From IMG/VR virus record IMGVR_UViG_2609459795_000003: 29,443 bases of DNA. The stretch is one strand, 5' to 3'. This document shows, in pieces, positions 1-8,587 of this stretch (position 1 is its first letter; each line of letters begins with the position of its first letter). The notes beneath the pieces were generated by a model. That model was given only the letters and a program-made list of their open reading frames with translations, made no database searches and was not told the origin of the DNA. The position numbers and the translations under genes were made by a program. This DNA is from a virus. Its lineage: Duplodnaviria > Heunggongvirae > Uroviricota > Caudoviricetes.

Positions 1-303
1 TTCTCCCAAACCAAGGTTTTGAAGAGCCGTTTTCACCGTGCCGTCCGATTTGATATCGCCAAACGGATTTTTGCGACTTAACAGCAGCGCACGAAGCGCG
101 GTAAGCAGCTGGTCATGCCGCCCCTTCTCCAGGCTGGCACCGGATGCCTCCACCACGCTGCAGAGCTCTTCCTGCAACATGTCAAAGTAGTCATCATCCA
201 GATCGGTGGCAGGCGTGCCGGTCTGGGGGTTACCACGGGTAAAACCGTTCTTACCCGCGCCGAACTTATCCTTCTGCGCGGTTTTCGTGTCTATACGATG
301 CAT
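1..303 (-). CDS. Putative tail fibre protein, N-terminal part (gene continues beyond window start)
   Basis: Minus-strand frame opens with ATG at 303-301, 4 nt after the upstream gp48-like stop, and stays open to position 1 (101 codons, [21 protein letters not shown]...). It occupies the slot after baseplate genes where Mu-like tails encode the fibre. Not in the ORF track because no stop lies in the window. Confidence 0.45.
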   Translation of the reverse strand, partial: MHRIDTKTAQKDKFGAGKNGFTRGNPQTGTPATDLDDDYFDMLQEELCSVVEASGASLEKGRHDQLLTALRALLLSRKNPFGDIKSDGTVKTALQNLGLGE

Positions 304-306
304 GGA

Positions 307-891
307 TTACTCCGGATATTTAAAAATTACGTAGGTATGCGACGGGCAGAGTTTGTTAAGCACACATTCGACAACTGTGTCGCCCCAGATACGCAGTGCG
401 GAATCACAGGGATCGCCACATGTCATCCAGGTGGTGTTGGTGGCGGCTGGCATGTTGACCTGCCAGTAATACCGCCATTCAGGCGCGTTCACAGCGTCAG
501 TACAGGCCGATGAGCAGGTGAACGTGCTTTTGTCGTATCGCGTGATGGCGGCATCTGGTCTGCCCAGGGCAGCAAGCTGTGCAAGATAAAAATCCTCGTT
601 GATGCCACCCGCCAGGTTAACCTTCGCATCCAGCCGTTGCTGACGCTGGCGAAGGGTCTGTGTCCCTGCGGGATTACATTCATCCGGCAGGCCGCACAGA
701 CGCTCCCAGCGATTTATCAGTTCGGTGGTGGTGCGCGGATCCAGCTCCCGCATCAGGGCATCCGCACGCTGATGAACACGAGTTAATGACGGTGCCGCAC
801 CGGCAATCGCCGGATCGCTGGCTGACCACGCCGGACCGGGCGGCAGCAGCGCCGACAACAGACGGATGTAATCATCGTTTGTCACGTCCAT
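307..891 (-). CDS. Mu gp48-like tail/baseplate protein (DUF2313/YmfQ-like)
   Basis: 194-aa ORF directly downstream of the baseplate J-like gene; sequence and position match the small protein that follows gp47 in Mu-like tail modules (family recalled from memory). Confidence 0.55.
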   Translation of the reverse strand: MDVTNDDYIRLLSALLPPGPAWSASDPAIAGAAPSLTRVHQRADALMRELDPRTTTELINRWERLCGLPDECNPAGTQTLRQRQQRLDAKVNLAGGINEDFYLAQLAALGRPDAAITRYDKSTFTCSSACTDAVNAPEWRYYWQVNMPAATNTTWMTCGDPCDSALRIWGDTVVECVLNKLCPSHTYVIFKYPE

Positions 892-1940
892 GAAATCGTC
901 CCCAGAACTACCAGCTCATTTTTTGCAATGGAGATATTGTCCGCTGGTGCAAGCAACTGATGGCTGTATTCCCCGTTCGCACCGGAAATCGCTTCACTGA
1001 TACGCGACACCTTCAGTTCTCCCTGCGGATAACCATCACGCAGCAGGAACGAACGCAACTCGGCGGTGATGGCAGCCCGTATTTCGGGTGTGTCCGGCGT
1101 CACGCGGATATGAAAATCCACAGTATGCGCCACCGGCCTGAACACATACAAATCAGAGCCTGCCACCGGGGCCAGTGGCCCGATATGTTGTCTTGCCGCC
1201 GTTTCCGTTGATTCTTCCGGAATGGGATTAATCAGGTCACTGCCGGCAATCATCACACCGACAGTCCCCGTTCCCATCCAGTGACGGTATGTCCATGCGC
1301 GGGTAATGCCGGGCACTTCTTTAGCCCAGACGACATAGTCCCCGTCAGCCCCGCCCTGCGGCGTCCAGTAATACCGCTCAATGACGCGGGCGCGCCACGT
1401 TTCGAGATCTTCAGTATCGAATCCGCCAGTCAGGGTATCTGCCACACCGGAAGACGGCAGACCATTCACCGGCGTGACCAGGATTAATGCCGTACCGTCG
1501 TCAGCGTTACCGACCGCGCCTGCAGTTGAGCAGGCGATCGGCACGCGCAGGACTCCACCTGAGCTGGTTGCATCAGAAGTTGCCGTGTACTGAACCAGGT
1601 CATCGCGCTGAATAACACTCCCGGCGGTCACCTTCAGGCCATCGCTGACACCTTCCCAGCGCATATACCCGCTGGCAGACGTGGCCCCCTTGCGCGGACA
1701 CCGTTTCATCGCAGCATGTCGCGCCAGCCAGGACTCATCGCACAGGTCAGGCAGCATGTTCATTGCCAGATAATCGATGTAACCGTAAACCGTATGCAGC
1801 GCCGCCGCATACACCTTTGCCCGCACGTCTTCATCCATGCGCCGGAGCGTGTCGCTGACGTCCAGCCTGGCGAATAAATCGTTACGGAGCATACTGATAT
1901 TTTCTGCCAGCGTCGGGCGCTGAAATTCACTGTTCGCCAT
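882..1940 (-). CDS. Baseplate J-like protein (Mu gp47-like)
   Basis: 352-aa ORF, overlapping stop/start with neighbours, in the conserved Mu-like order V - gp46 - J - gp48. Confidence 0.7.
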   Translation of the reverse strand: MANSEFQRPTLAENISMLRNDLFARLDVSDTLRRMDEDVRAKVYAAALHTVYGYIDYLAMNMLPDLCDESWLARHAAMKRCPRKGATSASGYMRWEGVSDGLKVTAGSVIQRDDLVQYTATSDATSSGGVLRVPIACSTAGAVGNADDGTALILVTPVNGLPSSGVADTLTGGFDTEDLETWRARVIERYYWTPQGGADGDYVVWAKEVPGITRAWTYRHWMGTGTVGVMIAGSDLINPIPEESTETAARQHIGPLAPVAGSDLYVFRPVAHTVDFHIRVTPDTPEIRAAITAELRSFLLRDGYPQGELKVSRISEAISGANGEYSHQLLAPADNISIAKNELVVLGTISWT

Positions 1941-2355
1941 GCGTTATCGCACTCCACAGATCATCAAAAGAAATCATTACCGGTCCGTCACGACGCCAGA
2001 GAGTGATACTGTTACCCAGTTCATTAATCCCGGTGCGGCGGATATCCAGATCAATACGGGACACCACGCCGTCATCAGTCATCCATTGCAGGCATTCGCG
2101 GATATATCCCCTTACCGTCTGCACCAGCTGATTGGTCAGTTTGCTGCGCTGAAGCAGCCACAGTCGGGAGCCGTAACGGTCATTCTGTACCGCAGGCCAG
2201 GTATCCCCCCACCATCCCATCGGGACGTCGGCATTGTCATCAGGCTCCGCCCGCCGCCAGGTGAACAGGGAAATCACCACGGCGCGGGTCAGCGGATCCA
2301 GCGGTGCGCTGGCGCAGGTGCGTTTACCGTTCACCGTCAGCCACAGTTCCATCAT
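1927..2355 (-). CDS. Mu gp46-like baseplate protein
   Basis: 142-aa ORF between the V-like and J-like genes; size and synteny as in Mu gp46. Confidence 0.6.
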   Translation of the reverse strand: MMELWLTVNGKRTCASAPLDPLTRAVVISLFTWRRAEPDDNADVPMGWWGDTWPAVQNDRYGSRLWLLQRSKLTNQLVQTVRGYIRECLQWMTDDGVVSRIDLDIRRTGINELGNSITLWRRDGPVMISFDDLWSAITHGEQ

Positions 2356-2900
2356 GCCTCCATCGCTTTATCAGGTTTGTCGGTGTTACTACCCTGACCG
2401 TTCTCTCTGTGACGATGCCCGTTATAGGCAAGCCGCATCGCTGACATGGTGGTGCCGCCGGAGTCGCACAGGTCTTTCACCTGTCCGGTCACTTCCAGAT
2501 CCATTTCAAAACGTGCTTCAGGTGCATTGCGAAACGTGATCGTTTTCCCTGCACCGTCCACCACGATCCCCTCCCGGGTCAGCGTCACGGACTGCCCCTG
2601 ATCGTCATAGACAGCCACCTCACCCGTCTGCAGCCCTTTCAGGCGGTAGCGCCGGTCCGACACCGTAACAACCACCGCATGAGAACGGTCGCCATCCGGA
2701 AACAACACCACCGCTTCCGCACCGCTGTTTGCCCTTGCGGTAAAACCGTAGGGTTCAAGATGTTCAACCCCGGCTTTGGGTTCACCGGCAATCAGGGACA
2801 CATCCACGGTCTGACATTTCGTGGCGGCACTGATGCTTTTCACCACTGCCCGCCCAATCAGGCCGAGAAGTTGTCGCTGCATGGCTTCAATCGTCCTCAT
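2352..2900 (-). CDS. Baseplate assembly protein V / spike (Mu gp45-like)
   Basis: 182-aa ORF; start overlaps the stop of the upstream gene (2900); position after the P-like gene. Confidence 0.6.
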   Translation of the reverse strand: MRTIEAMQRQLLGLIGRAVVKSISAATKCQTVDVSLIAGEPKAGVEHLEPYGFTARANSGAEAVVLFPDGDRSHAVVVTVSDRRYRLKGLQTGEVAVYDDQGQSVTLTREGIVVDGAGKTITFRNAPEARFEMDLEVTGQVKDLCDSGGTTMSAMRLAYNGHRHRENGQGSNTDKPDKAMEA

Positions 2901-3979
2901 CAGAACGGGTCCTCCTGTACTCTGGCTTTTTTCTTTTTCCGCGCGCCGGGGGCTTCGGGTTCAGGCAGATAAGCATCAGGTGGGCCGACACGGATTTCCG
3001 TCAGGGTGCCATTCTGGTCCTGAGTAAACGTGACTTCCGAGACAAGCAGTTCGGTATTGTCGAAACCACAGACCGGATCGAAGACAATCACCCGCTGGTT
3101 GGGCTGCCACAGCGTACCGTTACCCTGTCGCCAGCCCTGCACCACATAGGTGGTTTCATCCGTCCGCGCCGCCCGTTGTCGGGCTTCAAAGTCAGCACGC
3201 GCAATACAGCCTGCCCCCGTAGCCTGCCCTGTCTGCCTGATATACATCGGACGGTAACGGGCAATAAATGCATCCTCTGTGCGGGCCCGCAGCGCGGTGG
3301 TGGTGGCCTCACCGAAATCATCGTCGTTTCCGGCACGCTGCCCCGCCACCTGGTAAACTGAAAACCGCTCCCGGATACTCTTCTCCGTATCACAGGAAAG
3401 GATGTTTTCCCCAAGTACCAGCGCGGTATGTGCCCGCGTTGAGCCAATACCACCAATCACCAGCCTGCCGTGCGGGTCGTCATAAGCCAGCGCCTGCTGC
3501 TGACCGAGTATTTTGTTGATCACCTCGATCACCGTTTCACCGTGATCAGGCTGGACATCCGGAATAACACCCGACGGCGCATCGCTGTTCACCACCTCAA
3601 TGCCGAAAGGCGCAGCAAGCGCCTGCGCAATCTGTACCAGCGATCGTCCGTTAAACTGTGTCGGTTCGGCTGCACAGTCAATCAGGTCAGCAGTCAGACT
3701 ACGTCCGGCAATACCGGTGCTGACCGAACGGGCATCGTAACGAACGGGGGTCGCCTCCACCCAGCCGGTGATCACCAGCTCATCACCAATCAGCACTTCC
3801 ACTTTTGAACCATTTTTAATGCGCGGCTGAAGCGTGGTGATACCCTCATCTCCCGGCCACTGGCGGGTGATCCCCACGCTAAAACCCCGCCCCAGCCGTT
3901 CAATACCGGCACCGATGCGCACCGATGTCCAGCCATTCCACTCTCGGCCATTTACCCGTAGCGTGACGTTATCGTTCAT
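2900..3979 (-). CDS. Mu gp44 (P)-like baseplate hub / tail protein
   Basis: 359-aa ORF following the DNA-circulation-protein gene with a 4-nt overlap (3976-3979); Mu-like synteny. Confidence 0.6.
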   Translation of the reverse strand: MNDNVTLRVNGREWNGWTSVRIGAGIERLGRGFSVGITRQWPGDEGITTLQPRIKNGSKVEVLIGDELVITGWVEATPVRYDARSVSTGIAGRSLTADLIDCAAEPTQFNGRSLVQIAQALAAPFGIEVVNSDAPSGVIPDVQPDHGETVIEVINKILGQQQALAYDDPHGRLVIGGIGSTRAHTALVLGENILSCDTEKSIRERFSVYQVAGQRAGNDDDFGEATTTALRARTEDAFIARYRPMYIRQTGQATGAGCIARADFEARQRAARTDETTYVVQGWRQGNGTLWQPNQRVIVFDPVCGFDNTELLVSEVTFTQDQNGTLTEIRVGPPDAYLPEPEAPGARKKKKARVQEDPF

Positions 3980-5304
3980 TGCACTGGCACCTTCAGAGGG
4001 ATCACCGGCACAAAGCCGGGATGCGTAATGGCATTACGCCGGATAATGTCCGCGTCACGCGCCGCGTTATCAAACCAGGTCGCCGCCAGCACCAGCGCGG
4101 GTAAAACCTCATCCGGCGTGCGCTGAATGATCCGTGCAGACTGTTCAAGGCGCGTGTTGATATCCGCATTCAGATCTGCTTTCACCCGGCGCAGCGCCAG
4201 AAACAGCGCATCACTGGTTGTACGGGACAACTCCTTATCAGTTGCCGTATTCAGTGTGTCGCGAATGTCGGTCAGTTCTTCCCACGTTGGCAGGTCAACC
4301 GTGTTTTTTACCGCCGGTGCATTGTTCAGCACCGGATGCGTGACGGCAGGCCAGCCGGAGCTCTGCGCGGGTGTTGTTGACTGCCCCACTGCGGCATTCT
4401 GCATCACCGCAGAAGTTGTTGGCGCAGGCAATCGGGTAACGGCATACGCCGCTTCGCTGATTGCAGTCGTACGAAGGGTGCTGGCAACCATGTTACGCTG
4501 CTGCGTCGCTGTGGCGGTGGTTTTACTGTCCGTTTTCCAGACGCCGCGCGGTTGCAAATCGCTGCCGAGGCTGACACCAGAAAGCGTTTTGATCATGGTG
4601 ACCAGGTCGCTGGCGTTACCATAAAGGCGTTTCCCGGTACGCCACATTTTCTGCACCTGCTCAACGAAATTTTTGCCTGACGATGGCGGCGGCAGAAGTA
4701 CCGAGATATCCCCCTGCAACAGCCTGGCGGCATCCGATACGGCAGAATCCACCACTTTCATCGCATCAGAAACATACCCCAGCATTATGCTGGCATTACC
4801 GATAACGTCGTTCTGCACGAAATCCGCCACACCATCGATACTGAAACCGCTGAAGCTGTCACTGATGCAGTCATCCAGTGCAGAACAGGATGACATCAGC
4901 GTCTGCGCCGTCGCCGCACCTGATGTGGGGTAAGAGAGTTCTCCTGCTTCGACAAACTTCAGGTCAAAGCGGACAATACGCCCTTCACTTTTCGATGTGC
5001 TGACCCGAACTTCCCCGTCAACACAGACTTTCAGCTCACCATATGTCGGGTGGACAAGCGTGCCGGGACCTGGTTTATTCAGCGCTTCAATCAGGCGATC
5101 GCGCTGGTCAAAGCAGTCATCTCCCACCACATAAGCCGTGATGGACGGGCGAAAAGTGATTTTCCCCAGGTCTTCGGTATAGGGTTTGTCGCGGTTCGGG
5201 TATTCATGTGTTTCCACACGGCGACCGGTTCCCGCACTTTCTTCTTCAACCTTAAACGGCACGCCGCGAAATGACGCGTCCTGAAGCCTGTCTTTCCACG
5301 TCAT
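3976..5304 (-). CDS. DNA circulation protein N-like tail protein (Mu gp43-like)
   Basis: 442-aa ORF downstream of tape measure; N-terminal region MTWKDRLQDASFRGVPFKVEE...THEYPNRDKPYTEDLG matches the conserved N-terminal domain of this family as I recall it; SD GGAG 5 nt before the ATG. Confidence 0.65.
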   Translation of the reverse strand: MTWKDRLQDASFRGVPFKVEEESAGTGRRVETHEYPNRDKPYTEDLGKITFRPSITAYVVGDDCFDQRDRLIEALNKPGPGTLVHPTYGELKVCVDGEVRVSTSKSEGRIVRFDLKFVEAGELSYPTSGAATAQTLMSSCSALDDCISDSFSGFSIDGVADFVQNDVIGNASIMLGYVSDAMKVVDSAVSDAARLLQGDISVLLPPPSSGKNFVEQVQKMWRTGKRLYGNASDLVTMIKTLSGVSLGSDLQPRGVWKTDSKTTATATQQRNMVASTLRTTAISEAAYAVTRLPAPTTSAVMQNAAVGQSTTPAQSSGWPAVTHPVLNNAPAVKNTVDLPTWEELTDIRDTLNTATDKELSRTTSDALFLALRRVKADLNADINTRLEQSARIIQRTPDEVLPALVLAATWFDNAARDADIIRRNAITHPGFVPVIPLKVPVQ

Positions 5305-5309
5305 ATATA

Positions 5310-5345
5310 CTCCGAAAATTAAAAAGCCACCTATTAGAAGGTGGC
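5310..5345 (-). terminator. Rho-independent terminator after the tail-operon moron
   Basis: Minus strand reads GCCACC-TTCTAATA-GGTGGC followed by TTTTTAATTTT; lies 21 nt after the moron stop and abuts the SD of gene N. Confidence 0.6.
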
Positions 5346-5365
5346 CTTGTAATGAATTTTATTAA

Positions 5366-5896
5366 TTAGCGAGTCAGAAACAACGAATCTTTATACTTTT
5401 GCTGTTGTTCATTTAAATACTTAGCTGTTTCATCGCTGGCAAATGGAAATATTACCGTATTTTTAGGCATGGTAATTTCTTTTTTGTCCAGCGTCAGAGT
5501 AAACATAGGAACATACTGAGCAGAGTAACGCACCGCAGAAACGAGCTCTAGTTTAGACTCTTCAATAACACTTAAATTATCCAGGCTAACTTTCTCTTCA
5601 TCTTTTTTCTTTGACGCATTTAAAGTTTTTATTACTTTATTTAATTTCTCCTGAAAATCCTCCTTAAAGTTTTCAGGATTGCCGTCGACAACAAGAATCT
5701 GTTCACCCTGATTATCTGGAAAAATAATCTTTGCACTTATCAATTTATTTTCTTTATAAACATCACCAAGTTTTATGGCTCCTCCAGATAACTGAATAAT
5801 ATGTTCATCTTTAAAGGAGATGTTGCCAGAGATTATGAGAGATGAAAAAATAGCCGCTGCTCCAAGAATTACACTTGCTGTGATATAGCCTTTCAT
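5366..5896 (-). CDS. AT-rich moron: exported or membrane-anchored protein of unknown function
   Basis: 176-aa ORF, visibly AT-rich versus flanking tail genes; N-terminal hydrophobic signal/anchor (MKGYITASVILGAAAIFSSLIISG), lysine-rich body; flanked by its own promoter-like element and terminator; inserted between tape measure and N. Confidence 0.6.
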   Translation of the reverse strand: MKGYITASVILGAAAIFSSLIISGNISFKDEHIIQLSGGAIKLGDVYKENKLISAKIIFPDNQGEQILVVDGNPENFKEDFQEKLNKVIKTLNASKKKDEEKVSLDNLSVIEESKLELVSAVRYSAQYVPMFTLTLDKKEITMPKNTVIFPFASDETAKYLNEQQQKYKDSLFLTR

Positions 5897-5931
5897 TTTT
5901 CGCCTATTAACATTTTTCTAAATGTGCATTA

Positions 5932-5959
5932 ATTCTATCACTCTATTTATGACTTACAA
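5932..5959 (-). promoter_or_regulatory. Candidate sigma70 promoter for the tail-operon moron
   Basis: Minus strand: -35 TTGTAA (5954-5959), 16-nt spacer, extended -10 TGaTAGAAT (-10 hexamer 5932-5937), roughly 35 nt upstream of the moron ATG. Confidence 0.45.
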
Positions 5960-5987
5960 CCAGCAATACCTGTGAGGGGAATCCTGG

Positions 5988-7820
5988 CTACCAAAATCGG
6001 GTATAGCCAACATCGTGATTTATATCAATGCCACTGGAGCGTGTTTCCGTAACCCGCATACCTGGTGGCATATTTATAAATGATACCTTGATCTCACCAT
6101 CAACTTTTGGCGCGGTAGCTTTATTAATCATGAAGGGATTCGGACCTGTGGCACCGGAGGCGTTGTTTGCCTGAGCCGGATCCACCTCCGGATAAGGAGT
6201 GTATCCCCGTGGCGGTATTCCCGTCCCATAAGCATCATAAGCACCCGCGCCCCACTGCGCCGAGTTAATGGCATCGACCGTGTCACCGGAACTGTCGGTA
6301 AACCATTCAATAATCGGCTTCAGCTTATCCCACATATCCTGAAACCACTTAACAACCGGTCCCCAGTTATTGATCACCATCCCCAGCGGCGACCAGGCAA
6401 AAACCTTCTTCAGAAGTTCCCAGCCAGCCTCAAAATAAGGACTAATGGTTTCCCAGAGCTTCTTAAAATAAGGTCCGACAACATCCCAGTTAGTGATAAT
6501 TAATCCCGCAGCTAGGGCAATCGCCGTCGCAATCATGCCAATCGGCGTCATCGACATGATCCTGCTGACGATACTGATGGCACTGCCCACGCCCATCAAT
6601 CCCAGTTTCAGAATCGCAAGACCGGCAGCAAGCCCGACGACGCCGCGAATAACCCGGGGATTTTCATCCGCAAACTTCGTGAATTTTTCCCCTAACTCCC
6701 CCAGCCATTGCGTGATATTTTTGACGTCACCAGAAAATGCGCCGCCAATAGCCGCAAGGCCGTTAGTTGCGGTCCCCGTCATTGCCTCCCACAGGTTGGA
6801 CAGCGTACCAAGCTGGGCCTGAACACGTTTATTCAGGCTGGCCTGTTTATTCATCTTCTGCTGGATCTGATCGTAATCATCCTTTCCTTTATCGATCAGA
6901 GCATTGACCACCTGAAGGGTTTCGGCATCATCACCAAATATTGCCTTAAGTACACCGGTTCGCTTAACGTCGGTCAGTTTTCGCAGCTTTGCCAGTTGCC
7001 TGAACATGTTATCAAGACCGCCAAAACTCCCTTTGCCGTCAGTAAAATCGAGCTGTACCCCGAGTTTCTGGCGGGCCATAACTTTATTAACGTCCCTGAT
7101 TTTCTTAACGCTTAATCCGGACTGGATAACTTTTCGCAGGGCATTACCTGCCGACTCCCCGTTCATCCCCATCTGATCCATCATGACGCTGATGGGGGCA
7201 AGGCTCTGTGCAGCCTGAAGACCGTCCTTGTTCACCATCTTCAGAACAGAACTGGTTTTAGTGAAGAAGGACAACATGTTGGTATCGTCAACGCCCAGAT
7301 AAAACGCCTTCTGGATAGTGTCGAACAGCCCCATCATGTCTTCTGACGCCGTTCCGGTAGCATCCTGCATCTTTGCAGCAAACTCAGCAGCCGCTTCCGG
7401 TGTTTTTTTCAGTTGTACCGCAAGATAAGCTGTCGCTTTACCCACACCGCCAAGAATATTTTCTGCCGGGATCCCCTGACGCACCAGCATCTGCATCATG
7501 TTCTGGAAATCAGCCGTTGTACCGGGTAGCTGGTTACCCAGGCCAATAGCCAGTTTATTGATGTCCTGAAAGCTCTTTCCGACCTCGCCGTTCGCATCCA
7601 TCATGGCGACTTTCAGCCCGGTGGCGGCGTTTTCCTGATCGGCATAAGATTTCAGGGAAAGCGTCAGACCCGCTGCCAGTCCGCCACCAAGCGCCAGCCC
7701 ACCCTGTGATGCTTCTTCCGCCTGGCGTTTAAATCCCCGGATTTTCTTTTGCATTTTCGACAGCGCGGGAGAAAGTCTGTCGACACCGGTGATCAACGCC
7801 TTAAGCTCAAATTCAGCCAT
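5988..7820 (-). CDS. Tail tape measure protein
   Basis: 610-aa ORF, Ala/Gly-rich with predicted coiled-coil and hydrophobic segments, directly downstream of the frameshifted chaperone pair and upstream of N/P/V baseplate genes. Confidence 0.8.
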   Translation of the reverse strand: MAEFELKALITGVDRLSPALSKMQKKIRGFKRQAEEASQGGLALGGGLAAGLTLSLKSYADQENAATGLKVAMMDANGEVGKSFQDINKLAIGLGNQLPGTTADFQNMMQMLVRQGIPAENILGGVGKATAYLAVQLKKTPEAAAEFAAKMQDATGTASEDMMGLFDTIQKAFYLGVDDTNMLSFFTKTSSVLKMVNKDGLQAAQSLAPISVMMDQMGMNGESAGNALRKVIQSGLSVKKIRDVNKVMARQKLGVQLDFTDGKGSFGGLDNMFRQLAKLRKLTDVKRTGVLKAIFGDDAETLQVVNALIDKGKDDYDQIQQKMNKQASLNKRVQAQLGTLSNLWEAMTGTATNGLAAIGGAFSGDVKNITQWLGELGEKFTKFADENPRVIRGVVGLAAGLAILKLGLMGVGSAISIVSRIMSMTPIGMIATAIALAAGLIITNWDVVGPYFKKLWETISPYFEAGWELLKKVFAWSPLGMVINNWGPVVKWFQDMWDKLKPIIEWFTDSSGDTVDAINSAQWGAGAYDAYGTGIPPRGYTPYPEVDPAQANNASGATGPNPFMINKATAPKVDGEIKVSFINMPPGMRVTETRSSGIDINHDVGYTRFW

Positions 7821-7995
7821 GTGTGCGTTTCTCCTGCTCTATCCTGTTTGCCTGACTGACCAGCAAGGGAATTTCACTGATCGGCATATTCAGCAATTCG
7901 AAAGGATTAATGCGCCAGTAACTGGCGCAGTCAAAGAAGCGATCAGTGAGGTATTCAGCCGTCAGGCCTGGAGGAAAAAACCGGCCACAAGCCAC
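7813..7995 (-). CDS. Tail assembly chaperone, -1 frameshift extension (fusion product spans 7813-8231)
   Basis: ORF in the -1 frame relative to 7962-8231, overlapping it by 34 nt; reads ...FFPPGLT... across the slip site; stop overlaps the tape-measure start. Confidence 0.5.
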   Translation of the reverse strand: MACGRFFPPGLTAEYLTDRFFDCASYWRINPFELLNMPISEIPLLVSQANRIEQEKRTHG

Positions 7996-8231
7996 GCCGC
8001 TGCATTCAGGTCTGCCGGAGACATCTGGTCGACAGAGTTTTGCGGCACTTTCGCCAGCCGCACAATGTATTTCGATACCACATGCGCCAGAAGTCTGACT
8101 GACTCATCCTGATTCATCTGGTAGGGATACCCCAGCTCGCGGACATCTTTCCCGGTGGGCTCATCAAACTCAAGTACGGAGAGTGTCTCGCCATGAGCAG
8201 TAATCGGTTTCTTTAACTCAAGCTCTTTCAT
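7962..8231 (-). CDS. Tail assembly chaperone (upstream frame)
   Basis: 89-aa ORF between tail tube and tape measure; ends ...AGFFLQA* with a slippery heptamer in its last codons. Confidence 0.6.
   Translation of the reverse strand: MKELELKKPITAHGETLSVLEFDEPTGKDVRELGYPYQMNQDESVRLLAHVVSKYIVRLAKVPQNSVDQMSPADLNAAAWLVAGFFLQA
7974..7980 (-). other. Slippery heptamer T TTT TTC (programmed -1 ribosomal frameshift site)
   Basis: Minus-strand codons GGT TTT TTC CTC CAG GCC TGA; the heptamer is in X XXY YYZ register with the zero frame and the -1 frame is open downstream. Confidence 0.55.
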
Positions 8232-8587
8232 TACTGGTAATCCCCTTCTTCACCGTGGAACTCAAGATCAACCGTGCCTTCTTCGGCATTATGGTTCGCT
8301 TCGCCGTGCAGCCAGGCAGACGACAGTACATAGACCTGACCGTTCGCCAGCTCGGCAGTGATGGTCATCTCATCAGACGAGGTGATTTTGCTCACCGGAA
8401 AATTCTTCGGCACCTTGAAGGTCCCTTTGACATAGGGCGCACGGTGAGTTTCCTTGCGGTCCACTGAACCGTCCAGGCCGATGATGTCATCATTGACCGT
8501 CCTGTTCATGGGCACCTCAATGCCGCCGGTCAGCGATAGCTGCTGACCGTCAATTTTGAAATAACAGGTTCCCCCGATACGGGCCAT
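8231..8587 (-). CDS. Tail tube protein (Mu gp40-like)
   Basis: 118-aa ORF immediately after the sheath gene (stop/start overlap at 8587); size and position typical for contractile-tail tube. Confidence 0.7.
   Translation of the reverse strand: MARIGGTCYFKIDGQQLSLTGGIEVPMNRTVNDDIIGLDGSVDRKETHRAPYVKGTFKVPKNFPVSKITSSDEMTITAELANGQVYVLSSAWLHGEANHNAEEGTVDLEFHGEEGDYQ

Noticed and set aside
115-513. Plus-strand ORFs of 60-230 aa lying antisense within minus-strand phage genes (for example 115-513, 1939-2397, 3470-3808, 4127-4624, 6708-7115, 8860-9276, 10270-10860, 12215-12787, 14765-15340, 17073-17513, 19440-19802)
   Set aside because: They fall entirely inside well-supported minus-strand genes arranged in a conserved phage order, lack RBS context, and have low-complexity Arg/Pro/Ala-rich translations typical of shadow ORFs in GC-rich DNA.
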